Assembly (NCBI GenBank): GCA_964016885.1
Contig: OZ024745.1
Coordinates: forward strand, 99,572,001 to 99,636,000
DNA: 64,000 nucleotides
Source of the DNA: Eledone cirrhosa
Lineage: Eukaryota
Direction of reading: 5' to 3'
Shown here: piece after piece, positions 1-15,485 of the stretch
How the letters are laid out: each line of letters begins with the position of its first letter
Position numbering within the stretch: the stretch's first letter is position 1
Translations under genes and position numbers: made by a program
The notes under the pieces: model-generated
What the model saw: the letters and a program-made list of their open reading frames with translations, nothing else
Told to the model about the DNA's origin: nothing
The model's database searches: none

Positions 1-21
1 GACACTCTACCGATACTGCCA

Positions 22-281
22 ATTATTGTGTACAGTGCTCAAGTGCACTGCAACTCATCAAATGTGGTACATAGAATATAGTACATAGATTAATGCACAA
101 ATGTCAGCAAAGTGAACAGTGTATGAGTCATGGTATACACACAGATACATGCATGTGTAAGAAGGGGGACTATCATGAGTTGTGTTGGCAAATTTCAGGA
201 AGCATGGAAATTTTGAACGATGCAGTGTCCTGACAGCTAACAACTGATGAGGGTAGTTTGTTCCATGCTTTAGCAACTCTG
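22..281 (-). mobile_element. CR1-like LINE 3' end
   Basis: Same family as 42063-42550, reverse orientation. Confidence 0.8.
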
Positions 282-1942
282 TAAGAAACATTGTTAGGTT
301 ATGATTCAAACACCAGCTTAATAATGAGAAAGTTTTATTACTAAATCCCTCCAAACTCTTGATTATTTCCAAAATTATTTGAAAATAATCAATGAAAAAG
401 TTAAAGAATTTCACTTTGTGGGTGGCTTAAAATCAGATTTCTTTGTATCAGTTTTTAGCTATAAGAAATGGCTACTTTAGAAAGATTTTGTAAATATCAG
501 GATCCTAGTGTTGCATTTAGATGTGAAATGTTCAAGAGATGATAAGTGACAAATTCATTTTTGTTTTAATATAAAGAAATATGGTTTTTAAAATGTAACC
601 ATTCTGCTATTAAAAATAAAATAAAATAAAAAATAAATATCCTAGTTACAGAAATTTAATAAAAATAACTTTAGAATTTGTCCAACATTTATTTTATTTT
701 GAGGAAAAAAAAACTATTCTTCAGAAAAACAATAAAAAGTATTTTAGCAACCACATTTCTGAATTAATGAAATTTAGAGATTGGATATTTTAAATCGATA
801 AAGGAAGTATGTTACAAAGTTGTTATTTTTTTAAGATTTAGACTTGAAAATATTGTAAATAGACATTTCAAACATTTTACAAAAATAAGAACAGAAGTGA
901 GAATAATCAATGGAAAAGTTTTTATAAGTTTTTTTCTTTTTTTGCCTTGAGAATTTTGCCTGCAAGAATTCATTTCTCTAACAGAAAAAAAGACAAGGGT
1001 AGGGAGGGGGGATCACTAGGATCTTTTTAACAGTATTTTTTTTTAGTTTAGATACATTTAACTATTTCAAGTACATATAAAGGACATGAAGTATGTACAA
1101 TTATTACATTTGGCATTCATAATTTTAAAAAAACAAAACAAAAAGAAAAAAACATTTTGTTCATTTTGTTCACACAGTTAATTTACAAAAAGAAAATGTT
1201 TCATTTGTTTGTTATAAGTGAAAATGTAACTGGTTCCATAAAATTCTGAGCTGATGGAAACGAAAAATATTATCTTGACATGAATGATTTGACCATTTAC
1301 AGAGAAATTACAATGATAAGAATGAAAAAACCAGCTTGTTTAATGGATACCCTTGTACACCTTTTTTTTCTTTTTAATTGTGTATCAAATTGTTCTTTGG
1401 CAATAAAATTGTTCTGATGACAATAAAAAAAATAGGGAAGAAAAATAAAAGATGAACTGAATGATTTACTGCAGACCGAGATGGTGCCCCCAAAATATTC
1501 AAGATTGTATCATTTCATGTGCAAGCTGGACGGAATTATATAAGTTGGTTTATAAGGAGGAATCTGTCAGTTAGAAGGAAAACTGAATACAACCTAGGAA
1601 TATTTTTTTTAAAAATTACATGTAAAAGACTGAATTTTTTTAAAAACAAATATTGAATTAATCATTTGCATATGTTTAAGGCATATTAAATCAATAACTC
1701 ATAATACAGCCAGCAGATACATTAATATACGATTAAGTCAAAAGCAAAATATTGGTGGAAAATTGACAGTAAAGCTATCAGAAACTTACATTGGAACTGC
1801 TAAAGGAAATTTTGGTGAGAATATTTATAGAATTTATATTAATTCCTGATTTTCCTTGCAGCATTTAGAACTAAAAAAAATGGGAACATAAATATTTCAA
1901 ATTATTTACCCAGAAAGTCAACCAGGTTGAAATGAGTGTGTA

Positions 1943-2015
<73 letters not shown>

Positions 2016-2028
2016 ATACAATTATTAC

Positions 2029-2273
2029 AATTATTAAGGCCAGCTATTACAACAGAGCCATACATGGTACATACATATTAGCTCCAAGGACCAACTTATT
2101 CAACCAGTACTGATGAAAATGAACAGAATCAACAAGTTGGTCCTCAGAGCTAACGAAACGTATGTAGATGGTATGGCACCATTGTAGTAATTGGCCTTAA
2201 TAATTATATTAAAACTCACCCTACAGACTTGAGTTGCTTTATAACTTGGATATTTTTACCTACCTATTACTAC
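2029..2273 (+). mobile_element. Older Penelope-like remnant: diverged ~75-bp inverted repeat plus ~68-bp tail
   Basis: aattattaaggcc...ggaccaactt / aagttggtcc...ggccttaataatt arms; degenerate hammerhead 3' half GTTGGT-loop-GCTAAC GAAA CGTATG TA; CTGATGA at 2110; (TA)n on both sides. Confidence 0.5.
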
Positions 2274-5200
2274 TATATATATATATATATATAATGTATA
2301 TATACCATAAAATCCCTGATCAGCAAAACATACCCCCTTTAAGAAAACCCACTGTATGAATAAGAAATGTGTTATATGTAGAATAAATCCTCAAATAAAT
2401 TGTAAAACTAGAAATGTAGTCTATAGTATAAGATGTATAGAGGGTACTTGCAGAAAGACGACGACATACATAGGTGAGACAGCTCAAAGCAAATGATAGA
2501 GAATAGACCAACACTGGGGGAATTAAAAGGACAAAAACATGATGGTAATATAAACAACATAGAAATTAAAATAATATCTAAACATAGAAATGACTCAACA
2601 GGTAGACAAATAGAGAAGCAACTGAAATAAAACTAAGAAAACCAAAGATGAACAGAAAAGATGAATGGAATAACAACAACCAAACACAAACACACAATGC
2701 TGACCTAAGATAAATATAAATAAATAAATAAATATACACAAGTACAATAACAACAACCACACATGAACACACACTAGCAAACAAAGATAGAATACAAACA
2801 CACATAGACTCAGACATGAACACACACACACCAAACAGAAAGCACACATGCAAACACATGCGGAGACAGAGACAGAATAAATAAATAAATAAATAAAATA
2901 AAAATGGCATAGACATTACAATACAATGGGAGGAAACATAATAGTACCATTGATGATGTCACAGGTGTGTGATGAAAGAACTTTGATAGACTATATATAT
3001 ATATTTATATCTGTATTTTTAACTGTTGGTCAATCAATGATAAACATTGATTGCCAGATAAATTAACTATGGAGATATAAAAGATACAGAAGCGAAAAGC
3101 AATCCAAACCAAACAGTGAGTGTGTTTTATTATTATTTCTGGCAATATTATAACAATATGACCCTCCCCAAATATAACAATATAAATATATATATGCATG
3201 CACATATATATATATATGCATGTACATATATATATGCATGTACATATATATTATATTATATGCATGTACATATATATAATATATGTATATATGTATGTGT
3301 GCGTATGTGTGTGCTTGCGCATAAAGCTGAAGTTTTATTGTGCTTCTCTGAATTTGGGATTTAAAAATCTATCAGGCAAGAGAGATTATCAAATAATATA
3401 TAGTACTAAGTTAAATTGTTTAACTGCCACTCAACGACGTTAGTATATATCTAATAGAGGTACATTTAGATATATCAAACACAAAATTACAAATATTTTT
3501 CTTAATAACTAAACATCCGTAAGAGATCATAGATAACAGACTAGATTAGGTGTTGAACTACCAGTGGAAGATTTGGCAGGGTGTCATTGAAACTTAACTG
3601 TCATATTGTTCAGTTATCTTGACTGTAAATAGCTGTAGTAAGTAGTTACAAATGAGAATGATATATGGTGTAAGATAAGACTTAAAAGAGCACTTAGAAA
3701 TTAAAATGTCACTTGGAATTGAATAGTTAATTTAATGATTTTGTGGAAAGAATTGGTACAAGAGACAAGGAATAAATATGGTAGGAGATGTGAGTAGAAA
3801 ATGTTAAAATATTCCTTGGTGTTATTTGTTGTTATCAAAGAGAGAGATGACATGTAAAATATATGGTATTATAACTTTTCTATCCTATACAAAATAATTT
3901 AATTACAGCCTGGCAATTTTAGACAGCATAATATATATACTAAAACTCTGTGATTGTGTCTTGTCTAATTCAATACAGCCAAAACAGCGCATAATGGGAA
4001 AATACTTTGAAAGGAAGTTGCCCCAGAGATGGGAATACAAATGGAATAAAACAAGTTTTGCGTAAATCAGAGCACAGGTTCCCGAGATACAGGAATTTTC
4101 CGGGTACCTTCATAAATAGAGAGAGAGAAAGATATAGTGGTTGTGAGAGAGAGAGAGAGAGAAAGATGTAAAAATTTATTTTTAAGTGAACATGATTTTA
4201 AAAATATTTTTAATGAACATGACCCAACATGTCATAAAAACTGTTAGTTAAAAATTGCAATATATCAATAATAAACCACACAATAAAAACGAAAGGTATT
4301 TCTCAAACGTGTTCTAGCTAAGAAAACTTATATTTATAGCCTCTTTAACATCAATATTTTGCTCAATACTTCCTCAGTAGAACTGCGTCCCTGTGGAATT
4401 CCTGTCCTTACCATGTGACATGATCACAGCTTAAAATACTCAGAGACTTATGTATGTTTATCATATATATATATATATACTCAATATGCTTCATATATGC
4501 CTTTATTCTGAATTATGCTGTGTTGGGGGTATTGCTTATTAATACTAGCCTGTCAATCCCACACTATATGCCAATAAGCCATCAATGAAACTGTATTATT
4601 TGCAAAATCTTTATATAAGAAGCAATAGTTTCTTCACCTTAATACTGAGTGACTAAACGTCCCTGATAATGGATTAGTAATCCTGAAATACCAGTATTTG
4701 GCATTCTCACATGCTTTCAACAACAGGTAAATATTAAGTAAATTAATTTTACATTGTGGGACTGAAAAGGTTATAGTTCGAAATTACTAATATATAAAAA
4801 GAACTGATATTGAACTCATCTGTGAAAAAAAACTATAAAGGAATTGAGGAGTTTAGCACGTACGAAGTTATTAGATTTAAAACTAAAGCATCTAAGTCAC
4901 TTAATTGTCTAGGCGAATTTTAAAGCAGTTGTTCAGAATACTTATAATCAAAGGCTTCTCACATGTTGCTGTTTGGCAAGCTGATATCTTTTGGGATACT
5001 ATTATTAAATTTTCAACATTTCTACAGTGAAAGCACGAAGTAGTCATCTGAAGTAGGGGTCTAATTTTGGTATACAGTTGAAGCTAAGAAAAACAGAGAC
5101 ATTAAATAATCTCATTCGCCAAAAAATTCATGGCAGAAGCCACGAGCGTATTTACAAAGGGAAGTAACAGTTAAAAGTTATTCAGATTAAGTAGCAAGGG

Positions 5201-6829
5201 AGATAACTTACTAAAAACTGTTAACTCCTTTTAACAAGTTATCTGAATGAGTTTTACGTGTGAGATGTGGTTAAATTCTGGTCAAAGCTTGGAATAGTCT
5301 AATCGTGTGGCCGTACAAACCCCATCTTCTGTCCACTCAATAACTGATTAGCTAAGAACATTGTCTACAACAACTCAGTAAACACCAATACCTCTTCAAA
5401 AGCTTACATAAGCATCACATCTAAACACTTTACAAGTGTTTTCAAGATTTCATAGAATCTCTGAGAACAAAGGAATCAGATGGTGAACTATTTAATCATA
5501 GAGCAAGTAAATAATCAAAGTTACTCAATTATTATTCTTACTGTGTTACACATCAAGCAATCTTTAGTTTATATAACACACGAGAAAAGAGCCTTGTGAG
5601 TGACCTTCCACAACTTTTTATGGCAGATAATGAGGATATTGAACATAGCTAATTCAAGTGGAAGGTGAGGACACAGAAAGATTATTGCCACAGTACTTGA
5701 CCAGTATTGACTCAGGAAGGATGGAAGACAAAGTTGAGCTTAATGGGATTTCAATGCAGAGAATTGGAATGAATACTGTAAAGCAATATATCTAATGTTC
5801 TAATGAATCTGTAGATGAGACAAATTTCTAAATCTACTACATATTCTTTAATTAAGTTATCTAAGACATATGGAAAATAGAATTTATCTAACCTACAAAT
5901 AAAGGTATAAAAACAAATGTAATGCTGAATTTTAATTGAATACATTATAAATTTAGAAAACTGTTTTTCTATTTCATTGTTTTATTTTTTTAGAAATATG
6001 AAATGTATGTATTTCATCTTTATGCATGGAAATCAGAAGCCTCAGTTTGAAACTTAATATGATTCTAAGAAAAGAAAATGTTATTTCTCTATTGAAACCA
6101 TATATTTCAATTCAAGAATGATATAATAAAACCTACCATTAAACGTCAAATGAGTGCACCATTTAGATGTGACAATATCTAATGAAAAAAAAAGTTTCTC
6201 AAACCTACCACAAATATATGAAATGATTGTAAGAATATCCATGGAATAAGTAAAAAAATCACCAGATTCTAAGTAAAAAAAGATATATATAAAGACTTGT
6301 CTTTTAACAGAAGGAAGACTAATAGATTTGTGAATAGAAAACATTGTGCTTGTTTCATTCACATTAAATGTTTTCAATATACTATAAGAGAAAATGATAA
6401 TTATTTAAATCTATGCCTGGAAAACGTTTTTTTTATATCTTTGAAGTTAAATAAATACATAAATATAAATTTTGAAAAAATGAATTTAAAAAAAAAATAC
6501 ACTTAAGGACACTGCTCCCACAATCCTCCTAGGAAAAAGTGGGGAGAAGAAAAAAAAGGTTAAATTTTTTTACCACAATTTATATTTACTTAATCTTATT
6601 TTAAATCAATTAAACTTTATTTTTCTTACATCACAATTACAATAACTTTGTATCTAATAATAAGCTAATTTTGCAACCATCCTATGAAACTATTGTCAAT
6701 TTTTTAAACTATCGATATTTTAATTTAACAAAAAAATCTCACATATTCCATACTTTCATTGATTGGAAGGTCAGTAATCTTATATAATTTACATGCATTC
6801 TTAAAATGTTACAGTATAATGCTCTATAT

Positions 6830-7155
6830 AACACATGTGGGCATGCCAACAAAGTCAGAAAACAGCACAGCTCCCATGCCTTTTTTCACACTCAGAGTTG
6901 CTGAAGCATGGACCAAACTACCTGCATCAGTTATTAGCTGTCAAGACACTGCATCCTTTAAAACTTCCATACTTCCTGAGATTCGCCAACACTACAACTA
7001 ATATTCCCCCTCCATACACACGCACACATATCATGACTCATACACTATTCACTTCCCTGACATTTGTATATTATTCTATGTACTATACATGCACATTTGA
7101 TGAGTTGTAGTGCACCTGAGCACTGTACACAATCATTTCATTATCATTATCATCA
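6830..7155 (+). mobile_element. CR1-like LINE 3' end
   Basis: FFTLRVAEAWTKLPASVISC..SFK plus the shared UTR. Confidence 0.85.
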
Positions 7156-9114
7156 TAACACCAGCTAATTTATAATGACATAAATAGTCTGTATGATATA
7201 ATTGTTTCTAACATAGGCACATGGCTAGAAAATTAGAAGGGAGGAGTTAACTAATTAAATCAAGCTTAGTCCTTGAGTACTTTATTTTATTGACTCTGGA
7301 AAGGTGAAAGACAAAGTTGACCAGGGTAGGATTTAGAATTAGAACATAAATAACAACTAAATACTGTAAATTATATTCATGATATAATTACTAAGTAATT
7401 ATTGTTATGAAATATTTTTCCTAAAAGAAAGTGGAACAGTTATAATATGCCAGACTAATCTAGCACTGAATATTAGCATCAAGTAAGCTTTCCAAAATTC
7501 TTGAGTTCCAATAAAAATTGTCTTATGAAAAATTCTGTTTTACTTGAATTAAAAAAATAATTCCTAAGTTTTAGTTATATTTACATTTAACAGAAAAAGT
7601 TGCTTTAAAATGGTTTTAAGGCCAGAACCATTAAACAACAAAGCAAATATGTACATATAGTTAGTGACTGACTGTATTTGGTCACAGATGTGAAATGGTA
7701 GCAAAACTAGCAAAATCTGAAAGTGAACAAAAAAAAAAAAAGATTTGAGTTGGTGGCAGCAAATAAAATATTTTTTTATTTATCTATTTATTTTTAAAAA
7801 TAAAAAATGCTGACTAGTCTCCACTCACTCCCACTTCCTCGTCACTTATATTCTTCCTTCCTATTCCAGTACAATAATGCTCAGACATTTTCCTGACTGA
7901 CAGTTTACAAAACATAAAATGTACTTCCTGTGGGGGTGTTCCTCTTGTCATTAACCATAGTTCACTGGAAGCATGAGGAAAGAGGGTGAAAATTATATAC
8001 AGTGACAGTACCATACCCTAAAGGGATTTAAAATAAACCATCCCTGAAGCTCAGTAACAAATACCAGATATATAAAAGTGATAGTTTAATATCCAATATT
8101 TCTCCCACTGGAGCCCTTATAGGGATGTATAAAATCTAATATTTGCTACAATTAAAACAATGTACATTTCCCTAGTCATTTAAGATGAGAAGCTAACACT
8201 ATGAATTTTTTGATTTCTTCCTTTTAGCTTTTTGTAAAAATATATTAATATATAACTGTTTATTTTGAATATGTATATTTTGGTTTTTGTTTTCTGGAAA
8301 GAAAGAAAGTGAGAGAAAAAAATAGCACAGGAAGAGAAGCATGAGAGATAGAGAGAACATTTTAGAATTCTTTTACTGGTTTCAGACACTAGACTGAGAC
8401 CATGCTGGGGTACTGTTTTCAAGATTTTTTCTAGTTTTAGTTGATTATATCTACCTCTGTACACACCTTTATTAAAGTCTAGTATTTATTTTATTAAATT
8501 GTCAAACTACTAAGTTATGGGACATAAACAAACAACAGTATAAACACACATATGATGGGATTCCATACAGTTTCGTTCTACCAAATTTCACTCACAATGT
8601 TATAGTAAAAGACAGTTGCACAAAATACTACACAGTGGGACTGAACTGGAAGTCACGTGGTTGCAAAGCAAACTTCTTAACCACAGAGACATGTCTGTAC
8701 CTATATAAAGTACTGTTTATAAATTGTTTCTGTTGCTGGTAAAGAAAATAATCCTTATAGTATTACCAATAAAAACTTAAGGAAAAAAGATTGATAATGG
8801 TAAAATATTTCTCACCAGAATAAATAAAAACAATGAAAAAAAAAATGCAAAATTAATGAAAAGATAAAAATAAAGCTGAGTTCATGCTTTGAACAAATGA
8901 GAAATAATGGGTGTTGTTTGTGTGTTTCAGATGGAACCAAGGAAACACTGTTCCATTGCTGAGAGCATATGCCAGTCACAAACTCTGGTAGAAGGAGGTG
9001 GGATTTGAACTCAAAGCACACAGAGCATGACCAAATACATAGAAGTTGTTAGCATTTGTTACCTAAGTGACCTCATCAACACAGTGGTGGGGGGGGGGGG
9101 GTGCTTTGAAAGTG

Positions 9115-9570
9115 TGATAACAGACTAGAAGAAGTTTAGGGAGCCGGTACCTCTGCTGACAAGAAAGGGTTTTTCTCTCAGAGTGAAGATTAGAGTGTAA
9201 TATGCCTTTGTGTAAACTGCAAAGCTACATGGCAGTGAGACATGGGCCTTGATTGCAGAAGACCTACAAAGGCTAAAAAGAAATAAAGCAAGTATACTTC
9301 GATGGATGTGTAATGTTAGTGTCCATGAATGATGCAGCATAAGTAAGCTGAGAGAAATACTTAGAATAAGAGGATCTGGATATAATGTGCAAGAGAGAAG
9401 ACTGCATTGGTATGGTCAGGTGATGTGTATGGGAGATATAGCTACATAAAGTGCAGAGAAATCTTAGTGGATGGGACTTGTGAAAAACCAAACCTTATGA
9501 CAAATAGGACAAAAGACTGCAAGGGTTAGCATTATGCAGTACTGGAGAAGACTTGCCTCGCAGCATAGGG
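9115..9570 (+). mobile_element. Decayed RTE LINE fragment
   Basis: KKFREPVPLLTRKGFSLRVK, LHGSETWAL and RRLHWYG motifs with stops. Confidence 0.8.
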
Positions 9571-11055
9571 GAGATGATGTGACCCACCACCACCACTGCT
9601 AACACTCCTTAATAGAAATTCTTACCAGCACTGTACACCCTCACCCAACTCCTCATATATCATAATACATCAGTCATAACTCGCTAGTAGCTGTTGGTAT
9701 AACCACCAGCTCCCCTAACACTCATCACTGATAAATCCTATCCTATGAAACCATATTTATCTTCCTTCCTGAATGATTGAAAACCTTTACTGCTGGTGCC
9801 ATAACAAGCACACCCAGCACATTGTAAGGTGGTTTGTGATAGGAATAACTTCCAGCTATAGGAACCATGCCAAAAAGGGTTGAGAGGACCCTTCAGTTGT
9901 GTCAAAGGCAGGACAACTTCTCTAGTGCTGACTACACAATAAATGCATCCACTACACAAGGGTATAAAACCTGGCAGCTTGTTATTGTTAAGTGAGTTAC
10001 TTTACTCAATTATACCTGCATCCACACACAAACAGCAGTAGAGAAAGAAATGTCCAATAATATTTAATTGCTCTTTTATATTCTGAATTTACTTTACAAA
10101 CTCTAGTGGGAAGGAAGGTAAATTAAGTATTAGGCAAGTACTAAGATTAATTCAATAAAATAACTAATGTATGTCCTTGTACCACTAACAGTAGAGCATC
10201 GAACAAGTTCTACCCATGTTAGCATGGAAAATGGACGCCAAACGATGATGTTACCTTGTTGAAGACCAGCATACCAGTCTACACTCTCTATGCCACCAAG
10301 ATACAGTTCAGCACAAGTGATGTCACAACTCACTTCTAAAGCTGACTGAATTAAAGAAACATGAAATAAAGTGTATTTCTCAAGAACACAACACTTCGCC
10401 CAGTTTGGGAATCAAACTCTCAACCTCATGATTGTGAATTCAATGCTTTAACCACTAAACCACACATCTACTATTTTTGCAGTAGATTGTCAGAAAATTC
10501 GACAAAATACTTAGCAGTATATATTCACAGTCCTTTATATTCTGTGTTCAAATGTTACTACGGTCAACTTGCCTTTCATTATTCTGGGGTCAGTAAATAA
10601 AGTACCAATCAAGCACAGGGGTTGGTGTTAACTTATCCCTCCCCACGAAAGTGCTGGTCTTGTGTCAAAATTAGAAACCACTATTATTATTAGGGAAGTG
10701 AGTAGCAGAAATGGTACAGTGCTTGTATTTAATTACATTCCAAGTTGAAATCCAGCTGTCGTTAATAAAAAAAATAGTAACAGTGATGTATGATGTGGAG
10801 ATCCAATTAACTTTAACCCTTTTCTTATGAATTCATGTTTCAATATCCTTATCATCCTTACAGCTGGTGGTGGCTAGTCAAAGTGGTAGAGTCTTTGTAG
10901 TATTTAGCTATACCCTTTTACATTCAGAGTGCAAATCTCATCTCTGTTCATTGGCTTTACCTTTCATCTCTCTGGAGGCTGATAAAACAAGTACCAGGCA
11001 TATTATGAGATTGATTCAATCATTTAACTTTAACATACTGTTGATTTCATGAGTC

Positions 11056-11263
11056 AATGGTTTCTTATATAGGCACAAGGCTAGAAATTTTGGGGGAGAG
11101 GAAAGTCAATTTAATCGACCCCAGTGCATGACTGGTACTTTATTTTATCGACCTCGTGAGGATGAAAGGCAAAGTTTACCTCAGTGGGATTTGAACTAAG
11201 ATCATGAAGGGCCATAACCTCTATGCTGCAAAGCATAGTGTCTGATGCTCTACCGATACTGCC
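11056..11263 (-). mobile_element. SINE family A (long variant)
   Basis: Reverse complement of the family body. Confidence 0.85.
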
Positions 11264-11919
11264 AAGAGCCTCTGCATTGTCATTTGTCAGGCTAGAAACA
11301 GCAGTCAAATCTCACTCAAATCACATTTTTCAGTCTTCAAAAACCACATATTGGATGATGTGGTCATGGATTCCCTGCATATAGGAAAGAGATGATACCC
11401 AATGAACGTTGACTTAGGGTTAAACAATAATAATAGCCATTTCAACTATGTGTTTGTTCTAACATATATACTCCTACAAATAATATTTAATATAGTATTG
11501 TATAAATAAGTGTGCCAAAGTGTGGAATCAATATTTCTATTGTTAATATAACACAATATTAATTCTTAACATCCCATAATAATTTAGCAGAAAATATCTA
11601 AAAAATGGGTTTGTTAATTCAAATGTTTATAGTATCTTTACTAATGGATATATTATTGTGAAAATTTGCAATACACAAAAGATTTTAATTATTTATGTGA
11701 TGCAGTCATTGTGCTGTGTTGCACTTTCAAGAATGTCTTGTTAATGTACTTTCATGTGATGCAACAATTGTACTGTTTTGTACTATCAAGAATATCTTGC
11801 TAATATAGTTTCATGGAGTACCTAACATTAAGGGTTAATATAACTACCATACATATTAAACATTTAATATAGTTGAAATAGTTGTGCAAATTAGTGGGAT
11901 AGCTTGAGGTCTTCTTCAT

Positions 11920-12092
11920 AATTTTGGCACAAGGCCAGCAATTACCAAGTGTATTACTGGTACTTTATTTTATCGACCCCGTAAGGATGAAAGGCAAAGT
12001 TAACCTCGGCGGGATTTGAACTCAAATCATAAAGGGAGGTAACTCTTTGTTGCAAAGCATGGCATCCGACCCTCTACCGATACTGCCAATCC
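11920..12092 (-). mobile_element. SINE family A
   Basis: Reverse complement of the family body. Confidence 0.85.
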
Positions 12093-12316
12093 CTTCATAA
12101 TGTTAACTATTCAACAATGAAATTGAGAGCAGAACCTATTTTACAGTTCAGTAAACTGAAGCAAGCTGAGCATGAGGTTGTTGATCTTTAGCAAATAGTA
12201 CAAAGATTGCAACAGTATCAGCAAATATGATGATTGATTTCACTATAAATTATATTTTTAAAGATAAGAAAAAATAACTCAAGTTTGGAAATATCAAGTC
12301 AAAGAAATATTGGTTA

Positions 12317-12957
12317 GGGCGGTGGATTGGCAGTATCGGTAGAGGGTTGGATGCCATGCTTTCTAGCATAGTTACGTCCCTTTACAGTCTGAGTTCAAAT
12401 CCCGCCGAGGTTAACTTTGCCTTTCATCCTTACGGGGGTCGATAAAATAAAGTACCAGTAATGTACTGGTAATTGCTGGCCTTGTGCCTAAAATAGAAAC
12501 AATTATTATTAGCAGTGGATTGGCCGTATTGGTAGAGCATCAGACATGCTTTGCAGCATATAGTTACGTCCCTTTACATTCCGAGTTCAAATCCTGCTGT
12601 GGATAGCTCTGCAGGGTCGATAAAATAAAGTACCAGTCATGCACTGGGGTTGATTTATTTCGACCCTATCCCCCCAAAAAATTGCTTATATAAGAAACCA
12701 TTATTATTATTATTATTATTATTATTAAATAAGGTGGTGGATTGGCAGTATTGTTCGAGCATTGGATAACATGCTTTGTAGCATTGAGTTATGGACCTTT
12801 ACGTTCTGAGTTCAAATCCTGCTGAGGTTAGCTTTGCCTTTCATCCTTACAGAGTCGATAAAATAAAGTGCCAGTAATGTACTGGGGTTGATTTAATTGA
12901 CTTTCCCCTCTCCTCCAAATTGCTGGCCTTATGCCTATAGTAGAAATCATTATTATT
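12317..12957 (+). mobile_element. SINE family A, three consecutive copies
   Basis: Same head and body motifs, separated by (ATT)n. Confidence 0.85.
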
Positions 12958-14299
12958 AAAGTTGTGATGGATCAAAGTGATAGAATGATCAAAGTGATAA
13001 AATCTAGTAGAGTGCTATTTTCTTTTTAAATGAAAGTTTTAGGATTCAGCACAGAAAATTAATGTGATTATATGTATATGCCTATGCATAGATGTATACA
13101 CAAATGCATAGATATACATACATGTATACATATCAAAAGTGGGAAGAGAAAACTGAATTAAAGCAGTTTCTTCAAACAGAAGATTAAAACAAAAACATAA
13201 ATCATCTTCAAGGAAGACAAATGTTTAACAACAAATGGAAACTAAAGCTGTTGAAAGGATATAGAATAAAACTGAAAATTGAGGAAAGCTAAGAAAATAA
13301 CTAAAAATATGGTTTAGATTAAAGCAAGCAAGAATAACCTTTACAATCCTTTAACTTCAACCATTTGATATTCTTGAATCTAGTCTAGGTAGGAAGTGAG
13401 TGATATTTGATAGTTCAACACAGGTTTCTTTCTACAAAGGAGAATGGCAAGCAGAATTACATTTTTGAATCTAGTTCTGCAACTGATAGCTCCAAACTTA
13501 TTGGGATAGAAATAAACAGAAACAAATGAAAGAAGCCTACCATTTCACTATCTATAATTGGTAGGAAATATATACAACTTGAGTAAGATCATGAAATACA
13601 CATGAAACTAAACATATTCACAACTAACAATTTTAGAGAGAGAGAGATATGTCAGACTGATGAACTACAGAAATAACAATTCCTCAGTGAAAAGCACATA
13701 TTCGACAGATGAAGATAGGATTTGTTAACTTATAAATTCATAGATATCTCTAATGAAAATAGAGCTACAAATTTTGGGAAAGGCAAGGAAGTATATAGTT
13801 CTTTCCCAATATAGTCTATCTTGGATCATATTATCAAAGTATTTCTTTTTTTTTTTTTTTTAATGATAGTTAGGTCCCACCCTTGCAAGCAGGGAAAAGC
13901 GGATGTAAAATGATGATGATGATTAGGTGTGATTTGAGATTTGGCTGCTACTTCTAGCATGTTGAAACAACCATATAGCGGTTCTTGTTATTGTCTTTGT
14001 ATATTGGGAATTGCGAACTTTAGATTTAGTTGAGAAATTTTTTTTACTTAATGTTGGTCAGCAACGGCAAAAGAAAAATGTATATGTCGAGTAAATAGTC
14101 AACATACTGGACTATCTTCAGGGTTAAATACAAACTGAAAACTTTATAGACTATTTTCTAAACTGAAGTTTCTTTCTTAGCTGAACCCAAATATATATAT
14201 GTCCTACAACTAAGATTTACCATTTCTCTCCTTTTTCATAAACTTAGACAGTTGAAAAGGTATCTGACATTAGGCTGGGGAAAAAAATATGTACTTGGT

Positions 14300-15210
14300 G
14301 GGGGTTCAATTACTAAAATCCTTCAAAGCTGGCTCTTTCTACCTCCAAACACTTAGCACAGCAATCCTTCCACTGTTTGAAGCTAATCTGGAATGCTTCT
14401 CTCAGAATTGTTCTCATGGTAACTATATTTTGGGAAACAACCAGAAGTCATAGGAGCTCCGTCAAAAGAGTAGAGTCTGGTAAATGAACAAAATACCTTT
14501 CTTAGCCAAGAAACTTTAAATCAGCTGTGAAGGAATGAGCTAGGGCGTTATGATACAATTGCCAGTTTTGTGAGGCCCACAGATCCAGTCAGTTATGCAG
14601 CTCTGCATGACAAAGATAGAGGACTTCCTAATAGAATTTCTTTTATAACTCTTAGTGAATTCTCATGATAGACAATACTTTGGTAGTTAAGAATGTCAGC
14701 ATCACCTTAATTTTGTTCTGCACTTGACGTGCAATGCTGAATGCTTTTCTGGGTCTTACTCATACACCAATGTTTGAACTTCAAATATCAGTATTATGGA
14801 AATGAGGATCTTTGTTGAACTTAAGAATCTTGCACAACCTCAAGACGAAGTTGTTACTCCTGAGACAGCAGCTTGGGTACACATTTCACTGCCATTCTAT
14901 GTTTGCACAAACTCTCTTAAAATTGCATGTGAAGAGTCTTAACTAGTCTCAACATCATCAACCGATTTCCATGCCATTAGATGCTAATCTTTCATTATCA
15001 AGTTCTGCTCTTTTTTTAAAATAACAACTACATTGAGGCTTGTTGATGGCTTCCTGGAATGTTGATCACTCTTCATCAACGTAGAGCCATCTTTGACCCA
15101 GCTGTATCATTCTTTTATTTGAGTAACACTCATGGCATTGTCACCAAAAACTTGTTGAATTTGGTGAATTGTTTGCTTTTGGCAAAATATGATGCAAGAT
15201 TGCTGCTTCA
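14300..15210 (-). mobile_element. Heavily decayed mariner (DD34D-type) transposase remnant
   Basis: Minus-strand peptides CIIFCQK, QQVFGDNAMSVTQIKE, RMAVKCVPKLL, ARQVQNKIKVMLTF, WQLYHNALAHS and AFQISFKQWKD appear in mariner order. The ends are not resolved. Confidence 0.75.
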
Positions 15211-15485
15211 CATGTTGCATGATCATGGGTGAAATAAAATGCAACTAGTAAGTAGTACAACACCCCACACACTGGCTGCCTAACAGAAACTGATGCATCC
15301 AACAAGATTGCCAAAAATGCAGCATATGCATCAATGTATGTGGCTCCCATTTATTTCCCACAGGGAAAATTAAAGTTGGATATTTTTTTATTTTTTTAAA
15401 CTGTTTGTCCCTCTCTTTCTGCCTGACCATGTTTAAGATATAACAACCATTAATTTTCTACGGCTATGTAAATGCCACTCATATA

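Noticed and set aside
1405-1430. CTGATGA matches at 244, 1414 and within the 41xxx repeats
   Set aside because: No stem II, GAAA and stem III context.
4300-5700. Moderately complex non-repetitive stretch, possibly an old TE or exon
   Set aside because: No ORF, motif or terminal structure that I could support.
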